From Octopus vulgaris (taxonomy: Eukaryota), in assembly GCA_951406725.2 (NCBI GenBank), contig OX597823.1:18414001-18478000 (forward strand): 64,000 bases of DNA. Direction: 5' to 3'. This document shows, one piece after another, positions 63,365 to 64,000 of this stretch. The notes below the pieces were generated by a model. That model was not told where the DNA came from. It made no database searches and was given only the letters and a program-made list of their open reading frames with translations. The translations under genes and the position numbers were made by a program. How positions within the stretch are numbered: the stretch's first letter is position 1; every line of letters starts with the position of its first letter.

Positions 63365-64000
63365 GACTCCACGTTATCATCACCCCCACAGCTACAAAGA
63401 CAACCACCGCCGCCACCATATATGACCTATCTTTTATATATATATATAGCTTTTTCTCTTCCCACTTCCTCATTTCAGTTTCAAGCTGTTCATTCTGTAG
63501 ATATATGTCACAACACTGTGACAGATATTACAATAACATGTTCCATACACAGAGATTATTAAAATATTTATTAAAAAATAATATGCTAAAGCACGCAAGC
63601 ACACACACACACAGACACACACACACAACACGCACATTCACAGAGACAGGAAATAAAAGCTACCTGGTTAGTGTAAACAAACAAAAAAAAAAAAAACAGT
63701 GGCAATACAGATCTTACAAGACTTGCAATATGGGAAATTTTATTTTCTCAAAAGACCAGGTCCTCACATTCATTCTCTTGTGTTTACTCACATTCTTGTC
63801 AAATAAATATGGCTAGCTTCCACTCCTATACCACTAGGCTTTGCCCTAATCACTGTTTGTAAACCCGTGTGTAAAAATAGTCCTCATAACCCACTGCCAG
63901 ATTTTTGTTCTTTGATATGTAGCTGTTTAGCCCCAGGTCAAACATGATCCAGTTGACCTATAAATGAAATATTTCAGCAGTTACTTTAAAGGTATGTCAG

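Overview
AT-rich, repeat-dense animal genomic DNA. The SINE repertoire and microsatellite load point to an Octopus (coleoid cephalopod) genome; this is inference, not a database result. One protein-coding gene runs on the minus strand. Nine GT-AG exons (42990 down to 490) splice in phase into a 667-codon stop-free partial CDS: a Ser-rich linker, a predicted helical region, an acidic/Pro-rich linker, then tandem intracellular I-set immunoglobulin domains (titin/MLCK-type). The gene continues off the left edge and its start codon was not found. The rest is intronic or upstream repeat: tRNA-derived SINEs, 3' fragments of CR1, RTE, R4/Dong and Tx1-like LINEs, Mutator and mariner remnants, 8-bp-TSD and TTAA-TSD MITEs, and mini/microsatellites. 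Almost all ORF-track entries are microsatellite or SINE artefacts. The most notable signal is a set of hammerhead-ribozyme (HHR) motifs. (i) A tRNA-headed SINE family carries a minimal type-I HHR in its 3' part and repeatedly inserts as head-to-head inverted pairs. (ii) A 330-bp palindrome carries an intact minimal HHR on each strand. (iii) Further degenerate or scrambled HHR-like motifs occur. Together these suggest Penelope-like (PLE) mobilisation. A 34-bp minisatellite is built from the 3'-terminal stem-loop of a CR1 LINE.
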